This document shows, one piece after another, positions 61,718 through 64,000 of a DNA stretch of 64,000 nucleotides. A program made the position numbers and the translations under genes. The stretch's first letter is position 1. Each line of letters opens with the position of its first letter. The notes under the pieces were generated by a model. It made no database searches. It was not told the origin of the DNA and worked only from the letters and a program-made list of their open reading frames with translations. This DNA is from Marsupella aquatica (taxonomy: Eukaryota; Plantae; Marchantiophyta): positions 25,915,899-25,979,898 of the forward strand of contig OZ316891.1 of assembly GCA_973895155.1 (NCBI GenBank), read 5' to 3'.

Positions 61718-64000
61718 ACTCTCGGAGGCTGAGCACTTGAACTTTTTTTAGGGATTCGACAAGTGACAAAAATTAGACACTTGAGGGAATCCCAAGACAA
61801 AATCCCTTCAAGAAAACCTTCATTTGAGAGTCCATGTCAACCTGGCGTTGGAAATGGATGGAGTATCCTCTGTGAGAAACTGACTCCCAAGAAATTAGAA
61901 GAAACAAAATCAGAAGGAGATGCTGATCAGACAAAGAGTCGAACCCCTGGATTGACCCTTATGGGATCATTAATAAAAGATTTAGAGGAATTGATTCTGA
62001 AATGCAAGATTGAAAGTACGCAGCATGATTTATGGAAGGAGGAGAAGAAACACTGCAGCGCAAAGTCCATAGAGAAACCAGGATAAAGCTTGGGCTGGAG
62101 TCAATCAATCCAATCAAAGAGACCTGATTGATTAGAGGTAGACTGAGCATAATTAACAAAATTTCAATCAAGGTGAGATCTGAAAAGACACCACACCCTA
62201 TAGAGAACGAATGTTGCATTAGGGCTCAACAACCGGAGGGTGAAAAGGACTGAAGGAAATTTGAGGGATGGAAACCTCATGAGAAGACAACACAGTGATC
62301 ACCGACGCAGCCGCGAAGCCATGCAAAAGGGGGAGAATCGATGCACAAGCCCAAAATGGCAAAATTTGGACCAGGCTTTTCGAGAAACCATCGACAAAAC
62401 TTGATAAGTGCAAAACCCCCATACTTGCAACTCATTATAAAGAGTATTTTTACTTACAAAAGAATCAGATCACTTAAAGCATCTTTTTCAAAGCTTTTAA
62501 ATCACTTTAAGATACATGTGTAATCCTTAACATAAACCTAAATCACAAGCTTACACTCTCATTTTACAAATGTGAATACTGTGCCTTTACACAACACATT
62601 GAATACATATAACATGGTTATTACACCATTAATATCACTTTCGGACACCATAGGGGGAGGAAAGCACATTGTACCCACAACTATCTCCCACCTCCTAATG
62701 TCATTTTGGTTCATTCACCTTCTAGTACCATTTGAACTTATACACCTTCTAATATCATTTGACCTCATATGATCCAAACGGACTCAGATAAGAGACTTTC
62801 CATGACTAACAAAGGTAAAGGTAGAGATGATTTGATAATGGGCAAAGCCCCTAATCTCATCTATACATGAGTTAATGAGGGAGTTAATATGGGCAAAGCC
62901 CGTAATCTAACCCCGACCTACATTCTCTTGATCAGTGGGCATTCCTATCGAACCTTACCTATAGATGAGTTCCAAATTTCAGAGATATTCCTCACACTCA
63001 CAATTTTAAGAGAAAATAACATGCATTTTATGCAGATCAATGGGAATAAACTTCATTCTCTCTAACTTATCTACTCAAAAACTTAAACCAAACTCATGCA
63101 CTACAATGAAAAGTACCTTTGTACTTGGCCATACTTGGCTATACCAGGAGTTTGCCACTCCATGACACTCTTGTCAAAATAACACAAAACATTGCAGACG
63201 TGCAAGGCAGAAGTGCCCATTTTAAGACAAATCATGCACACCCCTTGGTGATGCCATTTTAAGCAAATTTATACCCACCTACTGGTGATGTACAATACAC
63301 ATCCTTTGGTGATGCACAATACACAAGAGAAAACTTTTTTTTTTCTCATTTATATATTCTCTCACAAGGCACACCCTGTTCTACAAGAGAAAACAACTTT
63401 TCAATATACATGATTTCTCCATGTGCCCACTGCACATGCATCCATAGTTAAATCCCTCAAACTCAACTTGAGAAGGAAATAGTACATACCTCAACCTCAT
63501 GTTGAGGGGGAGATAACATCATTCAAACCATACATATCCAACATAAGATAAAATCTATGTAATATACACAAATCACATAAAAATACCCAATTATATTCTC
63601 CTACAAGGAGTAGAAGTTCTTACTTCTATCACGCACTTGACATTTGATAACACAAACCTATGACCACAAGATGTAGCAACATACTATCATACGGCTTTCA
63701 TCTTTGAGGGGAACAACACAATGTGATTTTTCAGCTACTAACCTAAGCTCCTCATTATGTTGGACATGAACTTGATTTGTTTGTTGCCAGGCTTCATCTA
63801 AGATATTGCAAACTTCTGGAGACAATTGAAATTCCTGTTGCATCTTAATACCTTTGACGACCCTACATACCATGCGATTGACTTACAACACATGATATCT
63901 ACTGATTGATGACTCCACCTACTGCTAATGCATTTTCCTTTATTGCCAAGAGGATCGACGGGCTGTAATCTTTTTCCTTTAGGGTCATATACTTTTTTCT

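Noticed and set aside
61763-64000. Short ORFs and a purine tract suggesting retroelement internal sequence
   Set aside because: No recognisable protein motifs or boundaries could be supported.

Overview
Eukaryotic, intron-containing land-plant genomic DNA. The gene content suggests a non-seed plant, but the species cannot be identified from this window. Host genes are LIKE EARLY STARVATION (LESV), a dirigent gene plus a decayed paralog, a decayed FatB-like acyl-ACP thioesterase and an armadillo-repeat gene. They sit among Ty1/copia elements (Bianca-type and Tork/Tnt1-type), a tRNA-derived SINE, a non-LTR fragment and several MITEs. The standout is a ~20.6-kb element at 5345-25948 bounded by short bipartite inverted repeats. 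It encodes a Sola-like DDD transposase at the left end and a Crypton/DUF3504-type tyrosine recombinase at the right end. Between them are a large spliced protein with a ParB-like domain and a degenerate amino-methyltransferase-like domain, three tandem F-box-like genes and a small Cys-rich protein. Two tandem arrays, and several introns and intergenic spacers, carry roughly 35 copies of one palindrome, ACGCG-N6-CGCGT. This copy appears damaged by a MITE-driven inversion/deletion. All domain calls come from reading motifs by eye, not from database searches.
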